A DNA stretch of 64,000 bases, from assembly GCA_977017645.1 (NCBI GenBank), contig OZ360241.1:73532001-73596000 (forward strand). The letters are read 5' to 3'. Shown one piece after another: positions 50,013-61,784 of this stretch. Below the pieces are notes generated by a model. It saw only the letters and a list, made by a program, of their open reading frames with translations. It was not told where the DNA came from and searched no databases. The position numbers were made by a program, and so were the translations under genes. How positions within the stretch are numbered: the stretch's first letter is position 1; the number at the start of each line of letters is the position of its first letter. This stretch comes from Torpedo marmorata (Eukaryota).

Positions 50013-50285
50013 CTTTGACAATAATCTGTGATGTTGTTTTGATTATCCCAAGACTTGACATGGCCACACAGGTGTAATTAGCAGACTCTTGGACACTGTT
50101 AAGCTCGAGAACATTGCGACCAACGGGCATGTCATCTTCTGGGGTCAAGTCTTCACTTCCCAGCATCCACTTCACATAAGGCATGGGGGAGCCCACGGCA
50201 ACACAAGTGATGTTCACACTCCCACCTGGCACGATTTCTTGGCTGAACGGAGGGCTGATGGAGAACCTAGGTGGAACACGCCGAA
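50013..50285 (-). CDS. PTPRS: PTPRS exon encoding Ig-like domain 3 (273 nt)
   Basis: VRRVPPRFS...[15 protein letters not shown]...[13 protein letters not shown]...IVK; acceptor ccgcag|TT, donor AAG|gtaatt; phase 1/1. Confidence 0.97.
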
Positions 50286-50699
50286 CTGCGGCAGAACACA
50301 GAAAGGTAACAACAAGCAAGAAAATGAGAGTTGGCAGCACCTGAGACACACCACAGTAACAAAGTGAGTCCACAGAAAGCACATTCGTAGCACAAGTGTT
50401 CAGTGACCAGTCTGAGACCCATCACAGCACATTGAGAAACACAAAAATTTATTAGTTAGTTTCTCATCTTAAATGTTTGTTGCTAAGGAGGGAGAAGGGG
50501 CGATGAGATTGTGAATTCAAGAAAAGCAGGCACAGGCAGAGCTCTCAGTCATTTTAAATCAACAGTCATTTTGTTTTGAGGTGAGACAACGTGACCTGGG
50601 ACTGACTATGCTGCTCAGCAAAGGACAGAGATGGGAGAAGGGACATTAAACTAGGTTGCTCAACATTCATATCAGTTGCTCGTGAAATTCTCCACTGAA

Positions 50700-50800
50700 C
50701 GAAACGTACCGGGGTGTAGGTTAATTGGGTGTAAATTGGGCGGCACGGACTCGTGGGCCGAAATGGCTGTTACCGTGCTGTATGTCTAAATTTAATTTAA
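50700..50800 (+). mobile_element. 5'-truncated V-SINE (tail only)
   Basis: Matches the 3' 100 nt of the SINE at 17556-17815. Confidence 0.85.
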
Positions 50801-52871
50801 ATATGAAACCAAAAGATTTGATCATGTGGGAATTGCAATTAATTTGCACCATTTCTATTTTACTACCGGTAATTGTTTCCACATAGGAATTAATTCATCG
50901 TTATTGAGAAAAGATCATTTCTAAAAAAAAATCCACGCACAATTTTTCACAAAGGGACAATGTGGAAAGAAATGTACTTGTAGAGTCGAGACACACTGGT
51001 GTTCCTCGTGATGGTCCTCCAACTAGACCGTTCATTATATTGACAACAAATACACTAAATCAATTTTGAGTGACTCTACTGTCTATCGTAATCTCACTTA
51101 GACCATCCTATAAAAGGACATAAAAATGCTAGATCAAGGCCATTCAGCTCCTCCCATTGCTTTGCCTCTCAATATAGCCAGGGCAGATCTCTTACCCCAG
51201 CACCGCACAATGGGCCATTTCCACTGACTTTCTTAATATCTAAAAATCTCGTGGTCTTTGTTTCCAATATAAGCAACTAAGGCTCGATGGCCCCCTTGAG
51301 AATTCCATAGGTGCCTCTCCATCGGCAGATTCAGATGGCATCATGTGTGCTGCCAGACCACAAGACTACAGCATTATTCCCATTTTAAAAAATGGATGCA
51401 CCTGATCTTAACATAGTTTTTCTAACGATCTACACACAAGTCTTTCTCATATTGGTTATTAGCTAAAATAATATCCAAGGATGACATTGTTGCTCCAATC
51501 ATTGGTCACTCGTGACTTCCTCTTAAGACCAATGTCATTAAAAGTGGCAGGTTGTTTCACATCATTGTTAATAACGGAATAGCTGAAAGGAAGAGACCCT
51601 TTTCTCTGTGGTTGTTGAGAAATAAAATGTTTCCTTCCCATTTCAGGGCATGGAGCTGCCAGAACAATATTCTGACTGTTGATACCAATGAACCGGATAT
51701 TTGCTTCAGCTCTGTTGAATGAGATTTTCCAAGCACACCCTTAAAGAGATTTCAAGCAATTTGATATTGTGCTCTTGCAGAAAATTAGCAATATTGTCAA
51801 AGCTATGGCTTTATTTATCAATCAAATGTAATTTTGTGTCAATCTTTCTTTTTTCAAATTTTGTGTTCACCAAAGATTTGGAAGGACTTGAGGCAATGAC
51901 TTGGGGTGCCTGATTTCATCAATTCTCAACTCTGGAGAAAAAGAGATTCAAAGTTCCAGTTAAGTAAAAACAGCTTTCGATAAGCCTTGCTTATATTTCC
52001 AATGGAGCTTTCTTTCTCTCTTTGATGAAAGCTCGTCCTTTGCAATACCCCCCACCCTCTCCACCTACTCTCGGGTCTCTTTTAGCTGTGTACAAACAAG
52101 AGCATCTGGTCGTCAAGACCCAATGGCAATCTCAGCCAACCCAGTACCGTGCAGGTGGTTGATGGGAAATGAAAAGACTGCCTCGGATCTGCCTCCAAAT
52201 GCATCCAATGAGTTTGGTTGGGTGGCCAGCCGCGAGAGAAGTCTGCCAATGAAATGCAACCATTGATTGTAACAGATGTGCTCAATTGCCCAGGAACAAT
52301 AAAGATGAGAAACACTAATGAAATTTTTGTGGTGCAGATATATCGACTGTACGAAGCCTTTTCAAGATATTACAAGGATCCATCAAATAGATGCATCTAT
52401 CAGTTCACAGACACCATGCAGAAGGTAGAGAGATATATAAATATATATATGCACATAGGAATATATAACTGGAGGATCGCTAGCATGCCCAGACGGATTG
52501 GGGGAGGGGAACCCACTTCAATGCTGCGTTACTTCCAGCCGATGTGACAGCATGTGGTGGCTCACATTGTCACATCGCAGCAGTCCTGGCAGGAAAAGAA
52601 AAACAAATAAAAATAATAAAAAAAAAAGATAAAAAGTAGAAAAGAAATGTTGACTACACCAACAGGTAGTGCATCTCCTTTGCTTGGAAGTGGATGCAGC
52701 CTCAAGACCTTACACAGTCGAACATGGATGCACATGGGACGAGACAAGAGTTGCGGCATGGACAACAGAGGGGGGAAGGAAGGGCTGGGTGGGAGAGAGG
52801 GAACTGGAGATTTTCGTGCAGACACAGGCAAGGGAATGGGTACAAAAGAACTTGCCAGTAGTGACAGCCAA

Positions 52872-52872
<1 letters not shown>

Positions 52873-52912
<40 letters not shown>

Positions 52913-52959
52913 AAGCAAGGGGGGAAGAGAGAGGGAGCGAGAGAAAGAGAGAGGAAGAG
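52873..52959. repeat. (GA)n microsatellite and purine-rich tract
   Basis: Directly visible. Confidence 0.9.
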
Positions 52960-53920
52960 ACGGGGGAACTGTTCAGGCACAGGTTCACCTCGTACTAATA
53001 TTAGGCCTGTGCCTCAATCACATCCCCGATCCACAGGTACAGGCCCACTTTAAGAAATGCACAGAATCATAAACACGGAGAGGTCCCACGCTTTCGCGTA
53101 AATTGCTCTCAGTTTTTTCTTTTTTTTTTGCACACTTAAATCAAAATGGCATGCCACTTACACCAGCTCCTAAATATTCACCCATAAAGTGCCACCAATA
53201 TGGCAAATTTTGTTTGTCCATGTTCCATCTACAACAGTGTCTCAAAATCATGTCTGGTTTTATTCCTTCTTCTCCCTGGTATTAAATCTGACCACAGTAA
53301 CTGGGTGGAGTGTGGAGAAGAAGGTTGAGGAGTCCCTTTACTCTCCTTTCACTTTTCAAAGCCAGAAGTTGGGTTTGGCAGAGATGCCCGGAGCCACCGA
53401 TAAGGGGCTTGAGCTAGTCATATGCATATTGGAGGAATTCCAAGCCAAAAACGGGTCTGCCAATGTGTAATTGATAATGTTGCAGTTTTTAAAAAAAAAC
53501 AGAGATTGACTTGGCAAAATTTGCCTCCACAGATGGCAGACAATATTGACTTTTATGACCTTTGTGCAGATTATCAAGGGCACCAGGCTGTTAAAATGGT
53601 CGTGTTGTTTGAAAATGGTCAATTAGTCATCATAATTGGATAAGCTATCATTGGAAGTGACACAGAAATAGGGGTCGAACTTTGATTACTGTCCAAACTC
53701 AATGCACCTTAGAAGACTCTTACCATTCCAGTCCAGTCTAACATTATGCATTTTAATACGGTCAAAGGATTAATATCCTGAAACAAGGAAGAAACAAAAC
53801 TGGGATGAGTTTTCCTTGCAAAAAAGAGTCTTTTGGTTTCTTGCGTTGGTTGGGTATATTGTCAATCAGGTGATGAATAAAGCTCAGAGCATATGAAGAA
53901 TTCATGTGTAAGAATCGCTG

Positions 53921-54252
53921 ATGCCATCAGGAAAGAGGTATAGGTGCCACAAGACTCGCACCACCAGGTTTAGGAACAGCTGCTACCCCTCCACCATCAG
54001 ACTCCTCAACGACAAACTCAATCAGAGACTCATTTAAGGACTCTTCCTTTTGCACTTTATTGATTTTTTTCTCTCTGTATTGCACTGTCAGTTTGTTTAC
54101 AGTTTTTTATTTGCTTATGTGTGTACGTTGAGTACAGTTTTTTTTTGTTGCACTACCAATTAGTGGTAATTCTGCCTGGCCCGCAGGAAAAAAGAATCTC
54201 AGGGTTGTATGTGATGTCATGTATGTACTCTGACAATAAATCTGAAATCTGA
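53921..54252 (+). mobile_element. Rex1/Babar-type LINE 3' end (different subfamily)
   Basis: PSGKRYRCHKTRTTRFRNSCYPSTIRLLN; ends gacaataaatctgaaatctga. Confidence 0.75.
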
Positions 54253-55964
54253 ATTAATTCTACCATGGACCAAAAGTGTAGGGAATGCAACGCTTGAGTG
54301 GCTCAGGGAGCAATGTTAAGGAATTCCTGCGTCACTATCAACATGCTTTCAGGAGTGGACATTGGACTGGCATCAACGAGAGATGATTCCTGCTCTTTCA
54401 ATCAGTGGAGGTATATGGCTCAGGGTATCCCAAATGGATAAAAGGGAAAGTAACTAACTAGAAAAGGATTCCACCCACCAAACAGGTGACAGTGGTCCAG
54501 TGATCCATTTTTTCCCCTAATGCTTTTCTTTTTTGTCACTTGATTAAGTTAAAGACAAGGAGCAGTCACTTTGGTTTAAGATAAACGCATTAGTACATTT
54601 ACACATACGAATTTCAGTTTTTAAATCTGAAAAAGGGTTTCCAAACATTTTTTAAATGGACCCTCAGAGTTTCCCAGTCACTGAACTATATTGGACAGAG
54701 TTGGTTTTAAGTTCTCAGAATGTCAAATTTCATTTTTTTAAAAACATTTTGGTGATAGGATCACTCATTAAAGGTCTGTGCCAAACTCATTTATCTGACT
54801 ATATCTCATAAGTACAAATAAAAGGTAAGGTCCTTGCATCTCAGGAGAAACAGGACCATACATATTGATGAGTCATAAGGTGGCATTGAGTAGGACAAGA
54901 TTTCCAAATCTACCTGGTGATGCAAAATCCTCTCCTGTCCCGAACATCCTCTTGCAGATGCAACATGGACGTCAAAAGTGGTCAGCTGATTAGCACTGGA
55001 CTGTGTGGCAAGCGGACAGTCCTTCAATGGACAGCCACAGCAAAGCCACATGGTCCTTGCACCTTTTGTACTGGACTATTACCACCAGCAAGCACCGATG
55101 GGAGAGGCTACAGGAACTTTACACGAACAAGATACATTTTGCAAAGAGACGTAGAGGTCGAATGTGAGATGCAAACACCGAGTTACCATGGTGACTGAGA
55201 AGGGATAGGTGGGGTACAGAACTGGCAGTAAATTTAAGAGAAGCACCATCAATCCCTTTGTGATTGAGACTCGAGGGACATGTGGATCAAGGCTTGAGGG
55301 GAACAACTATCGAGGCCAAAGATGGAAAAGAATGTCAAAAAATGGTGGGTGAGTGGGGGGGGGGAGACGAGTGGAGAAACTGAAAGAGATACACTTGCAA
55401 AACATTGGAAACTCATCAACTTGTATGAGGAATACTCCTGCAGGGAGCGTAAAGAAGAACCAGAGGTGGTGTGCATGTTGACCTTAGTGTGGCAATTTTA
55501 AAAAAATTCTTCACAACCGTAGTGAATTTTAATGAGCCAATGATAGTGTCAGAGAATATCTTAATCAATTTCCACCTTAGACTAACAGGAAATAACAAAA
55601 ATGCTGGAGTTGATTTTGTTCCTCAACTGTTGTTAATATTATTCAAATATTTATGCACATTTTAATTAATTTTCTGCCTCTGTTTTGAATGTGTGTCAAA
55701 ATAATTAGGTGTAGCTATACACAGGTGTATGTTTACGCAAGCATCTGAGTGTTTCTAAGGGTGAGCATGTCGTTAGGGGTTGTTATGCGCAGGTGGCCAT
55801 CTGTATTGGGTTCAACGACATTCATTTGGATGCATAACTGTGCGTTTATGTACATCTGTGTGTGTCCATGCGCATAATGATATGAATCTTCAGTGTATAC
55901 GTGGTGTTGTGTACACAGCATCTGTGCAGGTCCCTGTGCTTGTGACCATGTGTGAGAATCTTGA

Positions 55965-57430
55965 CTTTTATTTGTTCATGGGTTGTGGCCATTTCTGACA
56001 AGGCGAGCATTCAATGTCCATTCCTATTTAATCTCAAGATGTTGCACTGACCAGCCTCTTGAACTGTTGTACTGGGGTTGCGTTCTTCCATTCTTCAGAT
56101 GTGTATAGCAATATCCCAGCAGTCATGTGGGGAATCCTGTGTATTTCCAAGGATAGGAGGCAAATAGATGGAGAAAATTTCAAGTGGCTATTGCTCTTGC
56201 CCTACTGCAACCAAAGATTCTTGGCGAGCTGCTGCAGTGCATTTTGTACTTGGTCGATAGTGCAGGCACAGTACACAGGAGTGGAGGAAGTGCATGTTTA
56301 TTGTGGTCATTGGGATGCCAACCAATTCAGCTTCCTTGACGGAGCTACAGAGAACAAGCTCCTTGTATTTTGTTGGAGCCACAATAAATTTGAGAATTGT
56401 AGAATATTCCAACATACTGTGCCTCTAGGTTGGAGGAAAGATTTTTTACATGTCACAACATGGTGAGCCTCTTTCAAGGAGATGGACATAACCTGGCACT
56501 TCTGTACCATGCAAGTTACCTGCTGCTTATACTGGACAACAAAGATTTTGCTTCCTGAACACTTTTGGGTGTATTTTATGGATTTTGGGCTGCTGATCAT
56601 GAAAATCACCTTAAATTTTTCCTACCAGGCACCGTTTGTTTTAGATATAACCTATTTCTGTGGTTTCCTGTCATATTTTAAGTCTACTTCAAGCATAGAA
56701 AGCCATGAAGTACAACATTTCATTGAAAATTCATTTTCTACATTCGCACTTGGACTTCTTCCCTGCTGATCTTGGTGCAGTCAGTGACGAACATCGTGAA
56801 AGGTTTCACCAGGATATTGCGACCATGGAAAAGCGGTATCAGGGCAACTGGAATCATCAATGCTGGTCGACTATTGTTGGACACTGACACGAGAAGCATC
56901 AGATGCTGAGTACAAACGAAAATCAGCAGAAAAACATTTTTAGGTCAGTTGAACTAACACAATGTGTCAGCATCATTATGCGATTAAACATGCTAAATTC
57001 AATAAAAGTTAATGTAATGTTTCTCCAACTGCCTATGTGATACAGCAAATCTGAAATTATCTTTATGTTCAGCTTGAAGTTGTCTATCATAATTCCCAAT
57101 TTCTTTTCAGGAAGCAAACCTTTTTAAAAAATGTGTTGACCAGTCTTATTAGTCCAAGCCTGAACTTTGTCTTGGTCTTGAATGGATGGCTTCATTTACC
57201 TGAGGATTTTCTAATGTTATTCAATACTGTAGACACCTCAATAAATGTCCCCACCTCTGACCTTATGATGGACTGAAGTAACTGCTGAAGTAACTGGACA
57301 TGTTGGGTGTGGACCATGCCCAGCAGATCCCCTGCAGCGATATCCTGGGAATGAGGTGAACAATAACCTTCCTGCACAGAGTGTATGACTCAATCCAGCA
57401 GAGAGCTCGTTAGTCACATTTGTAGTGTAA
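55965..57430 (-). mobile_element. Ancient LINE fragment interrupted by a Chapaev3-like transposon
   Basis: Colinear similarity with 7960-8059 plus 16116-17300; continuous across the TTA duplication. Confidence 0.55.
56530..57145 (+). mobile_element. Internally deleted Chapaev3-like (CMC superfamily) DNA transposon, 616 bp
   Basis: Transposase C-terminus SLKIHFLHSHLDFFPADLGAVSDEH.ERFHQDIATMEKRYQG (ORF 56705-56887); imperfect TIRs actggacaaca...tttgcttcctgaa / ttcaggaagcaaa...tgttgaccagt; TTA at 56527-56529 and 57146-57148. Confidence 0.75.
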
Positions 57431-58191
57431 TCTGAATTTGACAGATTCTTCAATATCCTGTTTGATTATCCCATAAAGGCACTAATTAAGATGCCCAAAG
57501 GGCTTGAGGGTAAAGGTGCTGATTAAACAATCTCAGAAAGGATGGTCGCTCGCTTTGTCAAGTGTTTAACAAACTGTTATGCTTTCTTTTTTGGTAAACA
57601 CGATAACATCTTTAAGGTACAGAGGTTTCTCATCCAATAAATATCTTTGTTTTTAAAAGCACTCAGCACTCTCTCGTCCCTATCAGATAACATAATACCT
57701 CATGATCTTTTAATACCAAATCAAAGAGACATTGTTTGAAATTCTTATTCAATCCATGTCATTTTAGGATCTCTGACACAGTTGTTTCAGGTGTCTTGAT
57801 GCATGTTATGGAATGCCATAGTCTTTGGGTAGAATCACCAGTTGAATTTCGGCACTGTCTGAAGAATGCTAAGCACACTGGCAACCATATATTGGGAACA
57901 GAAGACATGGGCCATTTTTCCTTTTAGATCCATGTTGTTAGTCACCCCTAATGCAGTAAGAGCAAGAATTTCAATTGCAGAACAGTGATATTGGGTTCTC
58001 TCTGCAATGCCATACTGAAAGTAAAATCAGTTTCACAGATGTTGAGGAATATCCCACAATACTCAGCAGCACTCTTCCATCTGATGGAGAGTGCTGCTAC
58101 TGCATGAATACATGCTGCAATGTGGGTTCTCCCATAACTCCTGGAGAGAACAATCAATTAATCGATCATAGTGTGTGGGAGACAGGATACA

Positions 58192-58510
58192 GAGTGAAAC
58201 ATGAAAGTCTGCAGATGCTGTGATTGTAGTAAAAACACACCAAAATGCTGGAGGAACTCAGCCGGTCTTTTCAGCGTCCATAGGAGACAAAGATATATTG
58301 CCGATGTTTCGGGCCTGAGCCCTTCTTCAAGGAATAAGCAGAAAGGAAACAGGATACGCCTGTTTTTAATCTTATACTTGATGAAGGGCCCAGGCCTGAA
58401 ACGTTGGTTACCGTTTACATTGTATGGATGCTGCGTGATCTGCTGAGTTTCTCCGGCACATTTCTGTATTGCACTCGACCCCAGCATCTGCAGACTTTCT
58501 TGTTTAACTT
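58192..58510. mobile_element. Penelope-derived fold-back element with two complete outward-facing pseudo-LTR arms
   Basis: Minus arm has cttgaagaagggctcaggcccgaaacatc; plus arm has cttgatgaagggcccaggcctgaaacgtt; centre aaacagg-atacg-cctgttt. Confidence 0.82.
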
Positions 58511-59939
58511 TATGGTTAAAGTGAACTTTTCCAATTACTGGCGGCATTACATCCAAAGCCTCCGTCTGTCCTCTGCCAAAATCCAGCAGTGCTTTGGGAT
58601 ATTCCCATGCTGAGCTTTTCCCTTTGAGCTGGTCTTTAAGACTAGTTACAGCATTCCAACAGCTGGATCATCTTATTCAGCAACCTCAGCTCTAGACCTG
58701 GAGTCTCCCTGCTCTGCACAATGGGACATCCTATCCAAATTCCGATAAATCCTTTGTGACACTGCAGGCAATCTTAAATTCAGATTTTTGGGGAATCTGC
58801 TACCCTTCTATATCTGTATTGGTAAATTTGATTGCTTTATTCTACAGTAGAACGATGTGCCCAAAATTGACAGGCCTGGCTTGTGCAGCTGGCGAAAGGA
58901 CCAACTTTGGCCTATTATGCTTTGACTACATGATATGTAACTTTTTTTTCTTTGTCAGGATCCCATTACCCACTTTTCTACAAGGCAGATCGATTAAGAG
59001 AGTTTGCTTCCAGGCAGCTAGGGAGCGCTTGGGGAAGGCTGCAGGTAAACTAGGATGGTGTCCAGAGTAGGTTGTCCCGACGATGGTGGAGCATCATCTC
59101 CCTCCCCTGAGCCAAATACAATAATTGGACTTCCCTTCTCCCTGAAGCCGACTTGCTTCTCCTGAGCTACAAGATTTACCCAAGGCTTGGGAGCCCCTGA
59201 CAGCCAGGGGTAAACCTGCAATCAAAGTTAAATGTGAGACTGCCAAACACAGAATAACATTTAAACATGCAGCACAAGTCCTGGGAGCAGATTGCCTGCC
59301 CATTAAAATTCACTTTGTAGACTCAGCAATCCACCTTTAGTTATTCCACAGATTTTTCTTTTCTAACTGGATTCAATTGAGTTGCAATTTTAGAGAAATC
59401 TAAAATAAACGCACCAATGTCGCTCAATATCAAGGGGTAACAGATCACATATCATGGGCTGACTACAATGGCAGATGTTCCAAGGATCCTCATGCGGAGA
59501 GGAATAAAGCGCCAGAGGGAAGTAGTTTATTCTGATTCACTCAGGTGTGACAGGACTTGAATTCAGTCAGATGTGACAATCCATCGACTCAAAGATATCA
59601 GAAGACTAGCTCATCCAAGGTTCACTCTCGACTCAGTCTGAAGAAAGATGCAAACTGAGTGGATGCCACTCAAAATTGAAGCCTGTCCTGGCAACACACG
59701 GGCATTGAAGATAATGGCTGAGGGTATTATTTTTCAACTAATTCTTTTTTCTTTGCTTGGAGCGAGCAAGGTCAGTACTAGAGAACCTGACCAAAACAGG
59801 TGTTCGATCATCCCAGTGCGTATCCAATCAAGCAATTCAGATCCTTTCTTTAAAAGCCATCCAATGCCTGGCCAGGTGAAGTTACTCCTGCCTGTACAAG
59901 GTTATTCAGCTTTTGCACAAATAATCCCAACCTCACCTC

Positions 59940-60200
59940 AAGGAAGGTGTGAGGGAGTGCTGCATGTTCAGAGTGTCTGCCCTTCGGAAGAGGTGCCATG
60001 TGCCTGTATGCTAAAACTCCCATTGTGCCATTTCAAAGAAGGTTCCCTGGCTAAGATTCGTCCCTCACCCATGTAGTAAATTTAGATTCATTCACTGGTG
60101 TTTGTGGGATATTTTTATGTCAAGGGACACTTGGTATATTTGGTTGCGTAACAATTAAAGGGCATCAAAGCAATGTGTTGCATGGTGAAACTCTTTGGGA
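59940..60200 (+). mobile_element. Degraded Deu-domain SINE
   Basis: Blocks tgagggagtgctgca, atttcaaagaag, ccctggctaagatt.gtccctca and tgtttgtggga. Confidence 0.5.
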
Positions 60201-61784
60201 TGAGGAACTCCATGGGTGCACTTCCTGTGCCCTACAGCCAGGCTTTTATATAGATGTGCACAAGGTCAATTTCCACTGTGAATGACATTATGGCACTAAT
60301 TTGATCAGCCAGTGCTCATTATCATTGTAACATCATACTTGCTCTCATGACATTTATGTCCAATTCCTTTTAAAATTTCGTTACAGAAGTAATTAAGGCA
60401 AGACCCCAGGGAAGGGCTTAAAGAAGGGTTCAGGAAGATGAAGAACTTAAGGCACTGAAAGAAAGATGCTACAGTGAGTTTCATTTATGTTTTGCGAGTG
60501 TTCATCTTTCAAAAGAATAAAATGTAATTCATTCTGTTTTAAATTGGGAGGGGAAGAGAATAAAGAGTATTGGAGATGATTCCTTTGAAAGTGTGGCAAT
60601 GCTAGGTTGGATGATTACGAGCCCTGATTCACAGAAGAATGTGACAGTGAGTACATTCAGGGAGGGACGATTGGTGGTAGGGGAGAGGGAGGAGGGAGAG
60701 GAACTTCATCACCAAATAACCTCTACACTGCACCAGACATCAAAGCACCAATGAGCAAGAAGGCACAGATTATCTGCCATTTTGGCAAGAGCTGTAATCT
60801 GTGCCAAAATGTTGAAAAGCCACAATAATTTGCATCTTCCAGTTCATTACTACAATTAGATTACACCAATCCCGCTGAAAAGGGTAAGATTTAAAAAAAA
60901 ATATACACAAATGAAACTTCACTGGCTTGGGTTACTGTTGTGAAAGGAGAGAATGTAAATTAGAACCATGAACCAATATTTCAGACATTTAACAATCAAG
61001 GCTTTTTCAAAGTGGGCATGGGATAATCTTGCACTAGCATACTCACTCAGTGACCTCAAATGGTAGAATCTGTCACAATGATGGGACACACAATACAAGG
61101 AGACCTGAGCAGCTCGAAAGTGGATTCCTGCTCAAAGATGGCACTGGGTTGTATTAGTAGAGGAACTCAACACTAACAGTTGCGGGACAGATGTGGACAG
61201 TGCTGAGTGTGGCTAACTTCTTATTTGGTTTGAAATGCCTTACGGTCCCAGGTCCAACTGACACAAAGACACCAATGTACACCTCTCGGTGCAATGGCTA
61301 ACTGGTTTGAATTGGGCATGGATTTTCAAAGGTGTAATCTAATCAATTGGAAGATAGAAGAGCAGTGCAGAATAGCAAGTGCAAGGACAGGCAGACACAA
61401 AGAGAGTTCAACATACTAGACAACTCAGTGTTCCCACTGCACCAAGTGCATTCTGATGCAAGATAATAATCACCTGATATAGAATCCTTTAGCGTTGATT
61501 TTCTGATATTTAGACCCCTTATTTACCACACACACACACACACACCAACATAATCACCATCCAATATTCTCTCTGATATCCAAACAGATATGTCACCCAA
61601 GAAAGGAACAATATAATTCAAAAGTTAAGATGGAGGTAGAAATTTGTTTCTGAATACAACTCGAACTGATCATCAGCTTCACTGTCCTCATGAATAACAT
61701 CTGCTCAACCCATTCTGAAACTGATGGCTCATAGATGGCTCAATGCTCTTTTTGCTTGTGGACTCAAACTGTTAATTGTTGTTC

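Larger units (their letters stand above)
44..50285 (-). other. PTPRS: Partial gene span (Ig3 to FN5 exons) of receptor-type tyrosine-protein phosphatase sigma; the gene extends beyond both window edges
   Basis: Eight exons splice in frame into a LAR-family ectodomain. Residues [45 protein letters not shown] and meC WETD..AEY match PTPRS better than PTPRD/PTPRF as recalled. Confidence 0.9.

Noticed and set aside
44-50285. Assignment to PTPRD or PTPRF
   Set aside because: FN1-FN2 and meC residues favour PTPRS; a phylogeny or synteny check would be decisive
52562-52998. Cluster of overlapping ORFs with LSLSLS or RERERE runs
   Set aside because: Produced by the (GA)n microsatellite and low-complexity tracts; no domain similarity
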